Below, piece after piece: positions 28,788 through 42,639 of a stretch of DNA of 64,000 nucleotides; the first letter of the stretch is position 1, and every line of letters begins with the position of its first letter. The stretch is taken from the NCBI RefSeq assembly GCF_964355755.1, contig NC_092677.1, positions 24,787,175 through 24,851,174 of the forward strand, in the 5' to 3' direction. Under the pieces are notes generated by a model that worked only from the letters and a program-made list of their open reading frames with translations, searched no databases and was not told the origin of the DNA. The position numbers and the translations under genes were made by a program. This DNA comes from Antedon mediterranea (lineage: Eukaryota > Animalia > Echinodermata).

Positions 28788-29292
28788 TTGATATATGATT
28801 CTATACATTAAAATTGTTATCAAAGAGGAGATGTTTTGTTGTAAGACTCTAATAAGATTTGAACCTACATGTATTACTCAGAAGGCTTAAGTTAACAAGT
28901 TTATAACCAGATAACATTTGATTAAATTTAGCTATTAAATCTTATGTTTTATTATCATTTAATAGTAAGTTTTTATTTTCTTATCTGTTAATTCAAGTAT
29001 TTTTTGGACACATCTTCTGGTATTTTGATTGGGTCGCCACAACACTATCCAATTAACATAAAACATTAAAAGCCGTAAAAATAATTGAATAGGCTTTACT
29101 GCAAATAGTTGCTTCAATCATGACAAAGTGGCTGAGTCATTTTATACAAGAATGTAAACAGAGTTAAGTATAAAAATGATAATTTAAAAATGAGCAAATA
29201 TTTCCAAAATGCATTTTTGTTTTTTGATTCATTTTTATCCACATCACACACTTATATTGGGTTGCAATTAGTTTATCATTTCCTATGTTTAA

Positions 29293-29656
29293 AGATTATT
29301 GTCCCCCTAAAAAATAATTTTGTAAAAATGTTTTTGTTGAATATGCTATTTTTATGTCAGATAATAGTTATTCACTTTTAAGTTTCACTAAAAATTGGAC
29401 CGGCAAAAATATTATTTACCAGAAAAAAAATGAAATTTAGAGCAAAAAAGTATAATTGTCTGTCGCTGTCAGACAATAGGTTTTGTTGTCAAATTTAACT
29501 GTTTATTTTCTCTTTTTATAAGTGAAATCATAATTTTTGGGTTTTTTTTCTTCTATGGAATTAAATTTAACGTCATTAAAACTGTAAAATGGCCTATTAA
29601 AGTCATATTTTATTTCTTTATTTTTCATGATTTTGCGGGACAATATAAAATATTCT
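29293..29656 (+). mobile_element. Diverged copy of TTAA-flanked MITE
   Basis: ttaa|agattattgtcccc ... gggacaata...ct|ttaa, internally similar to 42291-42639. Confidence 0.7.
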
Positions 29657-30547
29657 TTAACAAAATAAAGGTCAATTTTTATTTTTTTTTTTAATAACAA
29701 ACAATTACAATTTACACCTTATTCCTATATTTATAATTATTAATAAATACAATTTTTTTTTAACTTCTACAAACAATCTTTTTTTAGATTTATATCCAAC
29801 ATTTTTCTTGACATTTGATACTCTTCATTTTAAAGGAAAGTAAAGAAATTAAATCCAATGTAAAGATTCTTAATTACAATACAGAAGCTTTTGTCCGATA
29901 GTCCACTGGGATATTAATCTTTATCAAATCACCTTCATTAATAATTTACAAGGTCGTTCTTCTTCTTGATAAGGTCATTTATCATAATAACAGAGGGGTG
30001 TGTTTAGAGATTAGAAGAGCTACTTGATTCAGTCTTTCTGAGAGCACCTGTCGATTTATAGATACAGCAAGCCAATAAAAATTTACTATTTTATGCTTAC
30101 AAACAAAAAACTTATCAATTAACAGGATCTTGTTTATTGGAGATGTCTGTGCATCAAATCAAAATTAAAATATTTGAAAAATTAATCTTGTGGTTGACGT
30201 AATAAAATAATATTTTAATTTAACAAACAAATTGATTAGAAATTTCATGAATAAGTACTGGGGTATTTCCAATATGTTCTTTCAATCTTCAAAATATGTA
30301 CTAGAGACTAAACAATTTATAGTAAAAACTTTAGCAATGTATTTTATTCCAGTAGTGTAGCCATTTAAAAATCACTGCTCTTCCGATGAACTATTTCTAA
30401 AGAGTCTAAAAAAATGCACTGAAATATTAAATAGGTTTTTTTTATGAAGGAGACATCAATGATAAATATTTCTACTTGTCCTTTTAACATGATAATAATT
30501 ATGTTTTTGTCAACAACAAAAAACAAATAACCAGTACACAATGTTAA

Positions 30548-32160
30548 AGATGTATTTTTAAAAAAAATTGTTTTGTTGATGCTATTTAATGTCACATAAT
30601 AATAGTTATCCACTTTGAACAAAAATTGGATCTAAAAAAAATGTATTTACCTGTAATGTAAACTGTAATTTAAAGCAAAAAATTGGCTGCCAGTCAATAC
30701 ATTTTTGGTTGAATTTAACCATTTATTAATACAGTCAACTCTCCCAATACCGGACTCTCCCAAAACCGGAATTCACGAAAAACCGGACTTTTTTGGAGGG
30801 CCCAATTTGTCCCTATTCTAAATGTACTGTAATTTATTATGAACACCGGAATACCCAATTCCGGAATCCGGACAAATTATGAAGTACAAAACACGAAAAT
30901 TAGCGTCTGAAAACCGGACTGACGGTTAAAAAACTCCAAATATTTACGAAAACAACGTAACATCGTCGTCGCTGACTCGGATTCACTACATTCACAATGT
31001 ACAAAAGCTTTTAACCATACCCTCACCATGCATGAAGTGCGCGACGTTTCGCGGTACGATCAAATAATGTTGCCATGGAGCACTACACTGTGATTGACAG
31101 GTCAGTTCATTGTTAACCCACGAGGCGGCAATTGCTTTGTTGCGTATCGAACTGCGGTGGGCTTTTTCACATCGAAGCGCTATGTCTCTATTGTTTTTAG
31201 CAGGGAGTTGTTAACAACTCCCTGTTTTTTAGCATATGAATTGTTTTTTAATAAAGTTAAATTTACATTCCTGTGTCTTTGTTTTGTTTAAATTATTGTT
31301 AAATTCACAATTGCAATAGGACTTTAAATGTTTCACTAAAAACGGGACTAAAAATGTGCATCATTATAAAATTTGGAAATCATTATGGCAAAACATAAAC
31401 GGAATGAACTTGACTTAACTAGTGTTAATAAACTTTGAAATGTTACCAATTAATTATTGTGTCATTATTGCTTGGCTCGTTTACCTAATCAATTTTCATC
31501 ATTGCTATCAAATTACGTCAACATAAAGGAGCTTAAAAAACATGTGGTCTAGGTGTGGGCGTTTTTATTTGATTATGACACCTCTGCACATGCGCATCAA
31601 TCAAAGCCCTTCACCCATGCTGCTGCTGCTAGCTAGCTCACGAAAAACAATAAACAGACCGAAATTATGTTCACCGTACGTACGTACGTAGGCCTTTTTG
31701 CCGTTAAAAACACATTGAGAAACAATAATTTACTTTTGTAACATGTTTTATTGGTACAGTAAATAATGTAACTTTTAAAAAAGGTAAATTGAATTACTGT
31801 AGCTTAATATTAATAAAGTAGGCCTAGGCCTATCAGTATTTATTTAATTAAAACTAGATTGACACAATCATAGCCTAGCCTAGGCCTTCCCTACGCTAGG
31901 AGACCGTACCGGGCAGCATTCGGTGACAACGTGATGACTTTAAAAATATATTTTCAGGAAACCGGACTTTCGAAAAACCGGAAAATATATGCCCGCCCAA
32001 GGGTGTCCGGTATTGGGAGAGTTGACTGTATTATGTTATTTAATAAATGAAAACATTTTTTGGGGGGTGTTTTTCTACGGAAGTGATTGTTTACAAAATA
32101 ACCTATTCAAAGTCTGCTTTAATTTATCTTCATTTTTCCAGTTTTTTTGGGACAATACAT
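30548..32160 (+). mobile_element. TTAA-flanked MITE copy interrupted by a pogo-like insertion
   Basis: Left part 30548-30729 and right part 32031-32160 (ending gggacaatacat) are colinear with 42291-42639. Confidence 0.75.
30732..32028 (+). mobile_element. Non-autonomous Tc1/mariner (pogo/Tigger-like) element, 1297 bp
   Basis: Perfect 24-bp TIRs cagtcaactctcccaataccggac / gtccggtattgggagagttgactg, TA TSD, subterminal ccgga repeats. Relic ATG at 31385 (MAKHKRNELDL...stop) resembles pogo transposase N-termini. Confidence 0.9.
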
Positions 32161-32436
32161 ACAAATTTACATTTACATTACATACAATACATTACAAGTA
32201 ATAATATACATTTCAACATAATACTTCTGTATGCAAATTTTCATGATAACTAAATCTAATTATTAAAGTCATCAACCCTGAATATTGAATTAAGTTTGTT
32301 TACTTAGTTTGGCATGTGATACATTGTTTTGTTTGTTAAATACACTTAGCAGCCAGGAGTAAGAATGATTACAATCTTTTCATAAACCTCTGCACTATAT
32401 CCATCAATTGGCAGAAATCAAAATTTTCAATTTTAA

Positions 32437-32573
32437 AGCTCTGTCTACACTATCTAACTATATGTGACAAAAAATGTAATGTGCCCATATACAGTATGGA
32501 CATGATAATATCACTACCATATTTGCGGACATCACACTTTTTTTGTCAAACTAGTTTGATAGTGTAGAGAGCT
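32437..32573 (+). mobile_element. PIF/Harbinger-like MITE (TIR AGCTCTGTCTACACTATC, TAA TSD)
   Basis: taa|agctctgtctacactatc ... gatagtgtagagagct|taa. Other copies at 37402-38233, 53985-54004 and 54402-54448. Confidence 0.85.
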
Positions 32574-35500
32574 TAAGAACATGATGTCATAATCATATAA
32601 CATGATTTCATAATCATATAACATTATGTAATAATCATATAACATGTCATATCAAGCACAGTACAAATACAGACAGTTTTTTGGGGAGGGGAGGGGGTGT
32701 TGGTTGCAAAGGGAGCATCCGATTTTTTAAAGGTAATTTAATATTTTTCAGGTACAAATCTACTACTACTATTGGTACACCTACAGTACAATTTGAGATT
32801 CTTTTTTTTGCTATGAAAATTTAGAAAGAAACCATAGCTCCTTTTTTCAAACCCAAACCAAACGCACAACCCTTATTCCACACTTCAACAAAACTCTAGA
32901 TCAGAAGCATAGCTCATGCACAACATAACCCATATTCATATTTATTCACAAAAATAAAATAAAACTTGATAAACATTAAAGTACTCTTAGTATTGTCTGA
33001 CATCCACCCCTGCAGACAAATATCTGTTGTTGGGTCAATTAGATTTGTCTTCTTTATTCTTTCAGGACAGGTGCTTAGGTAATTCCCAATTAAATCTATT
33101 ATTTACTTTTAAAACTATTGTTCTCATATTTTTCTAACAGACAAATAACACAATAAAAGATTACAGTGTAATACTCATAATTAAGTAATTAAGTACGTAC
33201 TTACATGATAATTAGTGATATCCCCTAGCACTATTTACATCTAAGCTGGGGGTGGGATTATATATGAGCCATGGGCTTACATTTGAGAAATGAAAATGAT
33301 TTTGAGAAGCATGTTTATATACAGTACATGTTCTTCAATCAAGTTCGGACACCCTCAGCCCAAAATATCTTTTTGAAATGTTATTATTAAAGTGTAGCCC
33401 AATGTAGCAAAACATTACATATAAATATTGACTGGGCTGAGGGGAATGGTTAAAAATATAGCCCAAGGTGATCTGGAGACTATACTATATCCCGAGAAAA
33501 AGTCAAACGAACGCATAACATGGACATGGTTGGAGTAGGCCTAGCTACTTCTGGTGGCACAGTTTCGCTGCGAAGAAGCAAACAAAAAAGGCCTGCATTT
33601 GATAATTATTACACCAGTAATGAATATTCCTAAAGAATACTTTATTTGTTTTTTTCGTATCTTAACTGGCTGCTAAACGTACTATATCCTCCAAGTCAGC
33701 TCCATCTACATATGTTAACCATCATAGGCTAGGCTAGGGCTAGCTACGCAACCGTCACGTCGCGTGTGTGGATGAGATTGTATTGAAGAAAAGAAAAGAT
33801 AGAGGAAACAGAGATGTGCAGTTTAGTCGGTCTATAGTTCGAGGGCATGGCAATAACTATAGATTAACCAATCAGATGCCGTGAATTGAAAGGTGCCGGT
33901 ATATAATGTATAACAGTGAATGCAACGCGATCATAACACCTACAGCTACTGGTTTCCTCCAGAGGACAGTTAGCTTCTCAAACTTCCTTCGTATTAAGGC
34001 AACATGGTACTACAAGTACTGTTTCTTCAGCATGCAAAAAATAATCAAAATACTATATACCTACGCATTGATATCGTCCAGTGTGCAATGGTTAGAGGGC
34101 GCTTTATCAACCACTAGTTGAGGCTGCAAAGTACAATTATCTTGTATCTGGAAATAATAAATTAAGAGAGAAAAATCAATATTAGAATGAACCATAAATT
34201 GTTTTAAATCTATAGACATCTTTCCTAATAAAATGTATGACAAAATACATTACATTGTTTTAATGTAGTCGACCGACTATACAACATTTAAAAAAAGATT
34301 TCACATAGAATTCCAGATATCTGGATGTCTGGTGTAATTATCGTTTGTTTGATAATTTGTTGAAAAGCTGGTGCTATACTTTACATTCTGCTGTTGATAA
34401 AGGATATTCGATAATTCAAATGTTTACTAGTGAAATTAAAGAGATTCAAATACAAGTTTACTCTTAAGAAATAAGGGATAGCAGGTGTCCGTATATAAAG
34501 AGCAACATAAGAGTTTTGTTTCTTTCTGCGTTTTAACTGTGAACATGACAAACTATTTGTTTTAGTCGTTAAGTGGTTTTATAGTAGATGGATGGGACAA
34601 ATTTGTCTACCATTAATCAGATCAACAAAAAGCTTTTAAACATGTTTAATTGAGGTTTGTAATTCATTTCCGATAACACAGAGATGATTTGTAACCTAAT
34701 GAAAAAGTTCTGACAGGGGATTGAGTGAAGATTCACCTGACGATCTCAACACTGATAAACATAATTTATAATTGATTAAATATTAATATTTAACAATATG
34801 AATAATTTACTATTCTTAAACAGGAAATATTGATAACCTTTGGTTTATCAATTTTTAATTGTCCAAGACAGTTAGAAAGTGCAGGTACTTAAGTGAAATC
34901 TGAGGCTTTATCTTTAATAGAAAGACTTTGTCCTGTAAGACTAAAAATTACTTAAGTTGAATTTTAAAAACTGACTGAAGCAAAATTATTAACTTAAATC
35001 AAAGTTAAGTTTAAGTTTTTAAATTTAATAAAGCTAACTTTAAAAATTCTCCAAACTTAGAAATTACTTGAGAATATAATATTTTGGTAAATAATATGTA
35101 ATAATATTTTTTCTTTTGTTTATTCAAAACAATTTAAAGATTTATCTTTTTAAAAAATTAGAGAGGCTCACTTTAATAATTACTTCCTTCCGAAGTATCA
35201 CCTATGAGTTTCTCTATCAAATTAACAGAATAACTTATATTGAATATTACTTACAGTATTATTTTACAAATAGACTACAAACAATAGCTGAATTTCAAAG
35301 TGATATATTCAGTCACTATATTATCTATCCATTAAAGGGATTTAAGCGGGGTCAACAACGAGATACGAAAGATGATCCCGTCAGATCAAACGCTAAAAAA
35401 GTACAAGTATTGTCCTCCTTTGCCCTCCAGTACAAGGATTCGGATTTCAACTAAATTTAAATGAACTCAAATTTGTAAGTAGCTGTCGTAAGTTATTACA

Positions 35501-37401
35501 TCATCATTTTTTTTATGAATTGAATTTTATTTTTGATGTAGAAACATTCATTTACATGTCAAAATTACTGCAGTAACTGAATATAATACTGCAATATTAC
35601 TGTAGGCATTCACTACAATAAATATGTATGGTTATCAAAAAGATCTTGCTAAATGATTGCATATATTATACAGGTAAATTAAAGTAAACAATAATTGCAG
35701 TGGAATAATTTTAACACGATCCACAAATATTGTTGAAATTACATAACAATTTTCTATGAACATGTATTAAATTTTAAGTAACATTTTGAATTCTGGTATT
35801 GGATTGGCTAGGACCCTTACCATTTTTAGCAGATATGATAGTACTAAAGTAATTTGATAGCATTATGTTTAAATGAACAATAGACCAAGTCTATCCAACA
35901 GGCGCTTTCTCCGTGAGTTAAGTTCCGTATAGCGCCACCTTGATTGTACAGTGGAAAAAGCATTGGGTCTTTTTTTTATAATTTAAATAAATTAAATTAA
36001 ATTAAATTAAGTAATTAAAACCATAAAGATAATATCTCTGTCAGCGTCACCCCCCTAAAACCTGTCAGAATTGTGTGTATTATTCTACGCATCCTACCCT
36101 ACATTTCTATAATGCTAAGAAGAGTACTGATGGTTGAATATTGAATATTTCAAAGTTCAATGGACGCAGTTGTTCACATGCGTCATTAAAATAATATTAA
36201 TCAGTGGGATTTGGATTGCATTATACTAAAAGCCTCATCTATGATATCTATAATCAACAACCCAGGTTTAAATATTACAGTAAATGGGTTTTCATTTTAA
36301 AAGGTTAGAAAAGTTCACATCACGTTTTGGTAGTTATGTGGTATTCACTTTTTTTTAAATAAACATAAGTAATGTAAAGATACCATTAAAGGCCAGGTGC
36401 GGGCAACAAATTTCTATTGATCATACAATCCATACCAATAATCATCGACTATAGTTTCCCCTATGTTTCATAATTTTTGGGATTTCATTTGTGCTACAGG
36501 AGCTTGTTGAAAATAAGCACTTTCTTATCAGTGGGGGGTAGTTCAAATTACACAGTAAAATCTCTATTTTTTTGTACACAAATTTTGTAAATAGAGAGAC
36601 ATTTGAAAAAGCTATGAAAACTAAACGGTGTGGTAAAAAATGTTATCGGATGACTAAATATAGGTAATATAACTTGAATTTTACATTTCTGGTATTTTTA
36701 TTCAACTTCAACAAAATTATCCACCGTATATCCACCATCTTTTTTCACCTTCTAGGAAGTCACCAGATATGTTATTACATTAGGTTAACTACCTAACTAC
36801 TGAAAAAAAGTCTTCCTGGTTTTTATGGCAGAATATTGCCAAATTTTGTATTTCACCATTAAGGGAAATTCATGTTTTTTGTCTTGATTTCTGTTACAAA
36901 TATTTAATTTATGTACAATTAACCAGATATTATATTTAAAATTCATGCCTGTACCTGAGCTTTAAAGCCAATTATTTTTTAAATAAAATTCGGTCAACAT
37001 AAAAAAACAACAAAAGAACCTAAAATAAAGAAATATTTGGGATAAAAAAAATCTCTTAAAAATATGAAGCATATTTGTTATGTTTTCTGAATATTTCTGC
37101 TTTTAAATCAACCTAACCTAATTTCTTCTTTGCAAACCGCATTATGTACATTGATTGAGTAGGAATTTGAATATTAAATTTGTTTTAATCAAATCTGTAC
37201 TCAAATGAATGCCATTGTTTTTGGTCGAAACAATCAAAGCAGCGGTTACCACACAATGTTTTTTACCACCCTTTGTACTACCCAATACAATAGATTTTCA
37301 TTTTAGGTATATAATAATCATGGTGAAATAATTTTTTTTAAACTTATTTCTGTATTTTATAATGCCTCACTCAAAAGACATGCTGAAAACTATATTGATA
37401 A

Positions 37402-38233
37402 AGCTTCGACTACACTATTGTGTGATGTGCCCAAATATGGTAGTAATATATGCCTAAATATGGTCGTGCTATGACATCATCATGTCCATACAGTATATGG
37501 GCAGATCACATTTTTTTCACATAAAGGTTTATAGTGTAGATGGAGCTTTAGAACAAATAAAGATGTTTCTCTTCTTTCTTTTTTTTAAAGACAATCTAAG
37601 ACTGAGAAAAAAATTAGCATACTGTAGATTACTTAACAACATACTGTTCTGCCCACATTTATTATGTAAAAAGTATATGGATGTGGGGTTGGACAAAATG
37701 AGGTCAAAGTTGAAATAGGTCAATGATGTCATCATCTTTAAGAGGGACACAGAGTAAGTTAGTCATAAGGCAAATATGATATATAAACACGTTAATGGGT
37801 TTCTAGTGAAATTAATTGCTTGTGAAGAAGATGTTGGCAAACATTTGTGAAATTGAGATTCGTTGACCTTTAACAGATTTTAGCTTCTTTGTAAACATAA
37901 GCTGTGCGTGAAGACGTTCCTGATTATAGAACAGATGCATACGGTGTAGTTTTAAGCTCTGTCTACACTATCAAACTTTATGTGAAAAAAATGTGATGTG
38001 TCCATATGGACATGATGATGTCATATCACTACCATATTGGGGTATATTACTACCTGGTGATATCTTAACACCTTACGCTCTGTCTACACTATCAAACTAG
38101 TTTGACAAAAAAAGGTGTGATGTGACCAAATATGGTAGTGATATGCATAAATATGGTAGTGATACAGGTATGATATCATATGGCCACATCACACTTTTTT
38201 GCCACAGAAAGATACAGTAGTGTAGGCAGAGCT
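37402..38233. mobile_element. Cluster of three copies of the Harbinger-like MITE (37402-37547, 37955-~38053, 38077-38233)
   Basis: gctctgtctacactatcaaac TIRs and internal catgatgatgtcatatcactaccatat in both orientations. Confidence 0.82.
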
Positions 38234-39954
38234 TTAGACTTTTTTTGTTTAGTTACCTTAAACAGTTGTTTATTATCATCACAATATTTTCTTGACTGAT
38301 GTTTCTTATGTGTAAATATTGTTCTTTGTTTACATTTATTTATAAATATTGACATTGTCAAGGTGCATTATGGAATGTAGGGATGTGAAGATACTGTACA
38401 CTTGTACCAAGGAAGTTCAACCACCCAATGAAATAAAAAGTAGTATTCTTCAACAGTATCCCTTGACTGAACAACAAAAATTAGCAAAACAAAAACAAAG
38501 GATTTAATGAAATTATCCCCTCATGGGATCTGTTCTTTTTATTGTTACACAAATTCATTACAAAGACAAAAGGACTAAATCAACTTTTGTCTAAACAAAG
38601 AGAATTGATACTCATGAAATCCAGTGTATTTATAGACCTTTAAAATTTTACTTTTATTGCTCTCTCTCTCTCTCTCGAATTTCGCAAAAAAACTTTGACA
38701 TGTTTCATTGACACTCAATTTGGCCTTTTCCAGTGAAGCTGCTTGGAAGATTGACCTTTGACATTGTGAACATTTAATGTTATTATATGGTTCAATCACC
38801 TATGCTGAGAATTTGTGACTTAAACTGTTAATTTGAAATTTACACCTTTGAGTTTATTTTAGTAGATGACAGACTACTGATGTAGTGTACAGTATGTGAT
38901 GATTTTAAAGGCATTTAAAAACATACTGTACATTGAATGCAGTTTGAGAAAGTGTCCCCTGGACAGGGGTATCCAAAATATACTATATTTGTAACAGTTT
39001 ATTTTGTCTTTTTATAAGTGAATTCTTTTTTTTTTCATTTTTGGTGTTCTGCAAAAGTGAATAAGTGTATTAAAACTACAAAATAGCATGTTTAAAATGT
39101 GATCTTTATTCTTCATGTTTAGGAGACAAAGCTTGTTTTAAAAGTTCCATTTTAAAAAAAATTATTTTAAAGAAACAAAATCTACGTGCATGTAATCCTG
39201 CTGTAAATTATCACATAATTATAATAATATAACAATATTCAATAACATTAACAATAATAATAAGTAGTAGTTTTTTTAACAGACGAAAACCAGACAGGAA
39301 AAAAACTGTTTTAATTAAAAATCTTAAAATTGGATGACAGCCAAAAAAAAGTCTAAACTTTTTTTTTGTCGTGTTAACTACAAGAATGATTTTCTTTAAA
39401 TTAATTTTTCTTTTAATTACAATTTTTTAATGAAGTTTTACATCTAAATTTAAATTTAAAAAGAACAACTTATCAAGGGAGAATTAGCATTAATGAAATT
39501 CTCACAATAACCAAACAAGACATGGCGACACAATGCAATATTGCTAACTATGCGCAACGCCGCGGTATTAATGTATACGGGCGTTTATATTTTGAAATTT
39601 TAAATTGTTGTACACACATACGTGTATAAATTCTAAGCTATACATTTGTGACACAGTTTGTAGCAACATAGACAGTTTAATCTTTCTAATAAATTTAAGT
39701 GTTGCCATGGGAAATTAACTTTAAGGAGTACATATGAATCCTAAAGAATTATATTTTATGAAGATAAAAAAAACATTATAAAATGTAGGACAGAGTCTGT
39801 TAATACAGAATGCAAATACAACTACTTTTCTTGAAAGCGATTCTATTTATTATTACTACTATAGATTTGAACATTTTACTGTGATTGTGGCGAACATTTA
39901 TTTTACTTGATAAAACATTGTTTCTTTTTTTTATTTGCGTTTAATATTTTTTAT

Positions 39955-40880
39955 TCTTTTATTTCATTTTGTTTGGCTAATGAAAAGATGAGTACAGTAA
40001 ATGGATATTTTGAGTTTCACGTAGAGTAATTTTATTTTTTGTTTTATTGTCACTAGTAGTATTGGACATCCTCACTAAAACATTGTTTCTGTTTAAATTC
40101 ATTTGTGTTCTTTTTATTCTTATATTATTCGATTTCATTTGGCTAATGAAAAGATGTGCACAGCATTTGTTTATACAATTTTAAATGTTATTGTTACCCC
40201 ACTATTAGACCGAGAAGACTATATAAGGAAGTGCTTCCAGCATCTTTTATAGAAGACAATAACTACTATGTCCATTAAGTTATATGTCTTGATGTTTAAT
40301 TTTAATTTCAAATGTAAATAGGTTGGGTAATCATCAGGAATAGTCCTGAACAGGGAGATGAGCGCCCCTGCCCCCCGATGAGTTTCGGGATCTCTTTGAA
40401 CCGGAGGGAGAGTACCCGTCAAGGTCCCTACCAAGGGCTACAGGTCCCAGGTTTTTAGTTGTTTTTAAAATTAATTAGTGTTCCATGACCTTCTCATCAA
40501 AATTAACGTCTCTCATTGTTGTGCTATGTCAACATAATGTCAATGACGGCGAAATGTCCCCAATAATGGGGATAGCTATGCAAACAAGTAAGTAAGTAAC
40601 TATACAAAATGGACATTCTGTGCATCACATAGAGTAATTCTATTTTTTACTTTTTTGGCAGTTAGTGGTATTGGACACCTTCACTAATAAAACATTGTTT
40701 TTTTTTCATTTGGATAATACTTTGTTCTTTTATTCCATTTCATTTGGCTAATGAAAAGAGTTGTGCACAACATTTTTGTATACCACTTTTAAATGTTATT
40801 GTTATCACACTTTATCAAAATGGACATTTTGTGTTTCACATACAGTAACTATATTTTTACTATATTAGCAGTGGCATTGG
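39955..40880. repeat. ~210-bp tandem-like repeats interrupted by a GC-rich insert (40320-40452)
   Basis: aaatggacatt.tgtg..tcacatagagtaa...tttcatttggctaatgaaaaga at ~40000, ~40607 and ~40818 (partial). Confidence 0.7.
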
Positions 40881-41614
40881 GTGTAATGTGCTGTGTCAGG
40901 AGTGGGCAGGAACACCCTCTCTTTTTCCCCATTTTCAATTGCAACAATATAAAAGTAATAACAGTTTTGCATAGTGAAAATGATCTTGTTAGGTGTACTA
41001 CAAACTATCTGTACGATATTCAAATCTCTTTACTAAATTTAAATTGTAGCTCTCTTCTCGGAGTTAGGCTAATGTCGGTTTATCCAGGTAAGCTAGGCAC
41101 GAAATAGACTAGTGTGATTTTCCATTTTGTATTGTTTGTTGTATATTGTATTTATTCTGAAAAAAAAATGATTAATCCATCAATATTCATTAATACTTTT
41201 TATTTTTCATACTATTATTAATTATTAAGAGCTGTTTAGAATTTTTAATTGATGTGATTTTATTTACTCAATCTGCACAAAGGTATAATAACCTTAAAAT
41301 CACTATACTCTATATTTATAAAACTATCATAGTATTATCTACAGTAGCATTCAGTAGTGATTATTTCAGTTAATACAAAAGAACAGAACTTCACAGTGGA
41401 ATCAGGTAAACAATTAAGAATTACAGTATAAATGAAGTGAACAAGTCAATCCTGAACAAAGGCAAGTTACAAACGACTAAACACAGCTGCCTGGAATGAT
41501 TGGCAGAAACTTGTTGAAATTCATCCAATAACACCTGCTTATTTATTACTTATTACTCTACAATATGAGGATGAATTTAAATAATATTGTTTTCAATTAT
41601 ATTAGTTTATTTAA

Positions 41615-41842
41615 AGATATATTGTCCCCCTTTTGTAATTTTTTGTTGAATATGTCATTTTAAAGTCACATAATTAGTTTTTCACTAATATTTACCTGAA
41701 AAAATGTAATTTAAAGCAAAAAATACTTAAATTGTCTGTCAGACAATGAGTTTTTGGTTAAAATTAACCATTTATTTTGTCTTTTTATACGTGAAATAAT
41801 AAAGTAAATAATATCTTCATTTTTTGGGGGGACAATACATCT
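41615..41842 (+). mobile_element. Deleted copy of TTAA-flanked MITE
   Basis: ttaa|agatatattgtccccc ... gggggacaatacatct|ttaa. Confidence 0.85.
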
Positions 41843-42290
41843 TTAATTGACAAAATATTTTCACTTTTTTTAAAAATCTGCCTGCCCTTTTTACAACAAA
41901 ATTATATCGAGTACATCAACAATGTACAGTATTATAGCAAATCTGATGACCATTTTAGAGTAACAATCTTGTAGTGCGCCCTCATGTTACTGATCAACAC
42001 TGATGTTCTGTACATTTTCTGAAGTTACAATTATTCTATTTTAAGGTAAATCATTTCGTATTCAAGAACTATTTCTTGAATAAACAAATTGATTATTGGT
42101 GCAAAATATACTGCTGGATAAAAATATTTAATTCCAGAATTTGCGGTCCATAATTTTATATCGACGATAATTTCTTGAGTACATGGACTGTACCAAGTTT
42201 ATTTCAAACACTAAAGAATAGTATTTTCTGTTATAAAATAAATCTACCTCAAATCCTATTATTCATAATTTTGTTGATGGTCATTGTTAA

Positions 42291-42639
42291 AGATGTATTG
42301 TCCCCCTGAAAAAATAATTCTTAAAAAATTTTTTGTTGAATATTGCATTTTAATGTAACATAATAGTTATCCACTTTGACCAAAAATTGGATCGAAAAAA
42401 AATGTATTTAACTGAAAAAATATAATTTAAAGCAAAAAATGGTCAAATTGGCTGCCAGCCAATGGATTTTTGGTGGAATTTTAACATTTTTTTTGGTCAT
42501 TTTATAAGTGAAAACGTGATTTTTTTTTCGTTTTTTTTTTCTATTGAAGTGATGAACTTTATTAAAACTACAAAATAACATATTCAAAGTCTGATTTAAT
42601 TAATCTTCATTTTTTATGTTTTTGGGGGACAATACATAT
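42291..42639 (+). mobile_element. TTAA-flanked MITE (Kolobok-like termini), full-length copy
   Basis: TTAA|agatgtattgtccccc ... gggggacaatacatat|TTAA. A TTAA TSD with purine-purine termini fits Kolobok better than piggyBac. At least 5 clear copies plus fragments in the window. Confidence 0.85.

Noticed and set aside
40325-40395. Possible type II hammerhead on the minus strand (GAAA...CTGATGA)
   Set aside because: Stems I and III and the NUH site cannot be placed consistently.
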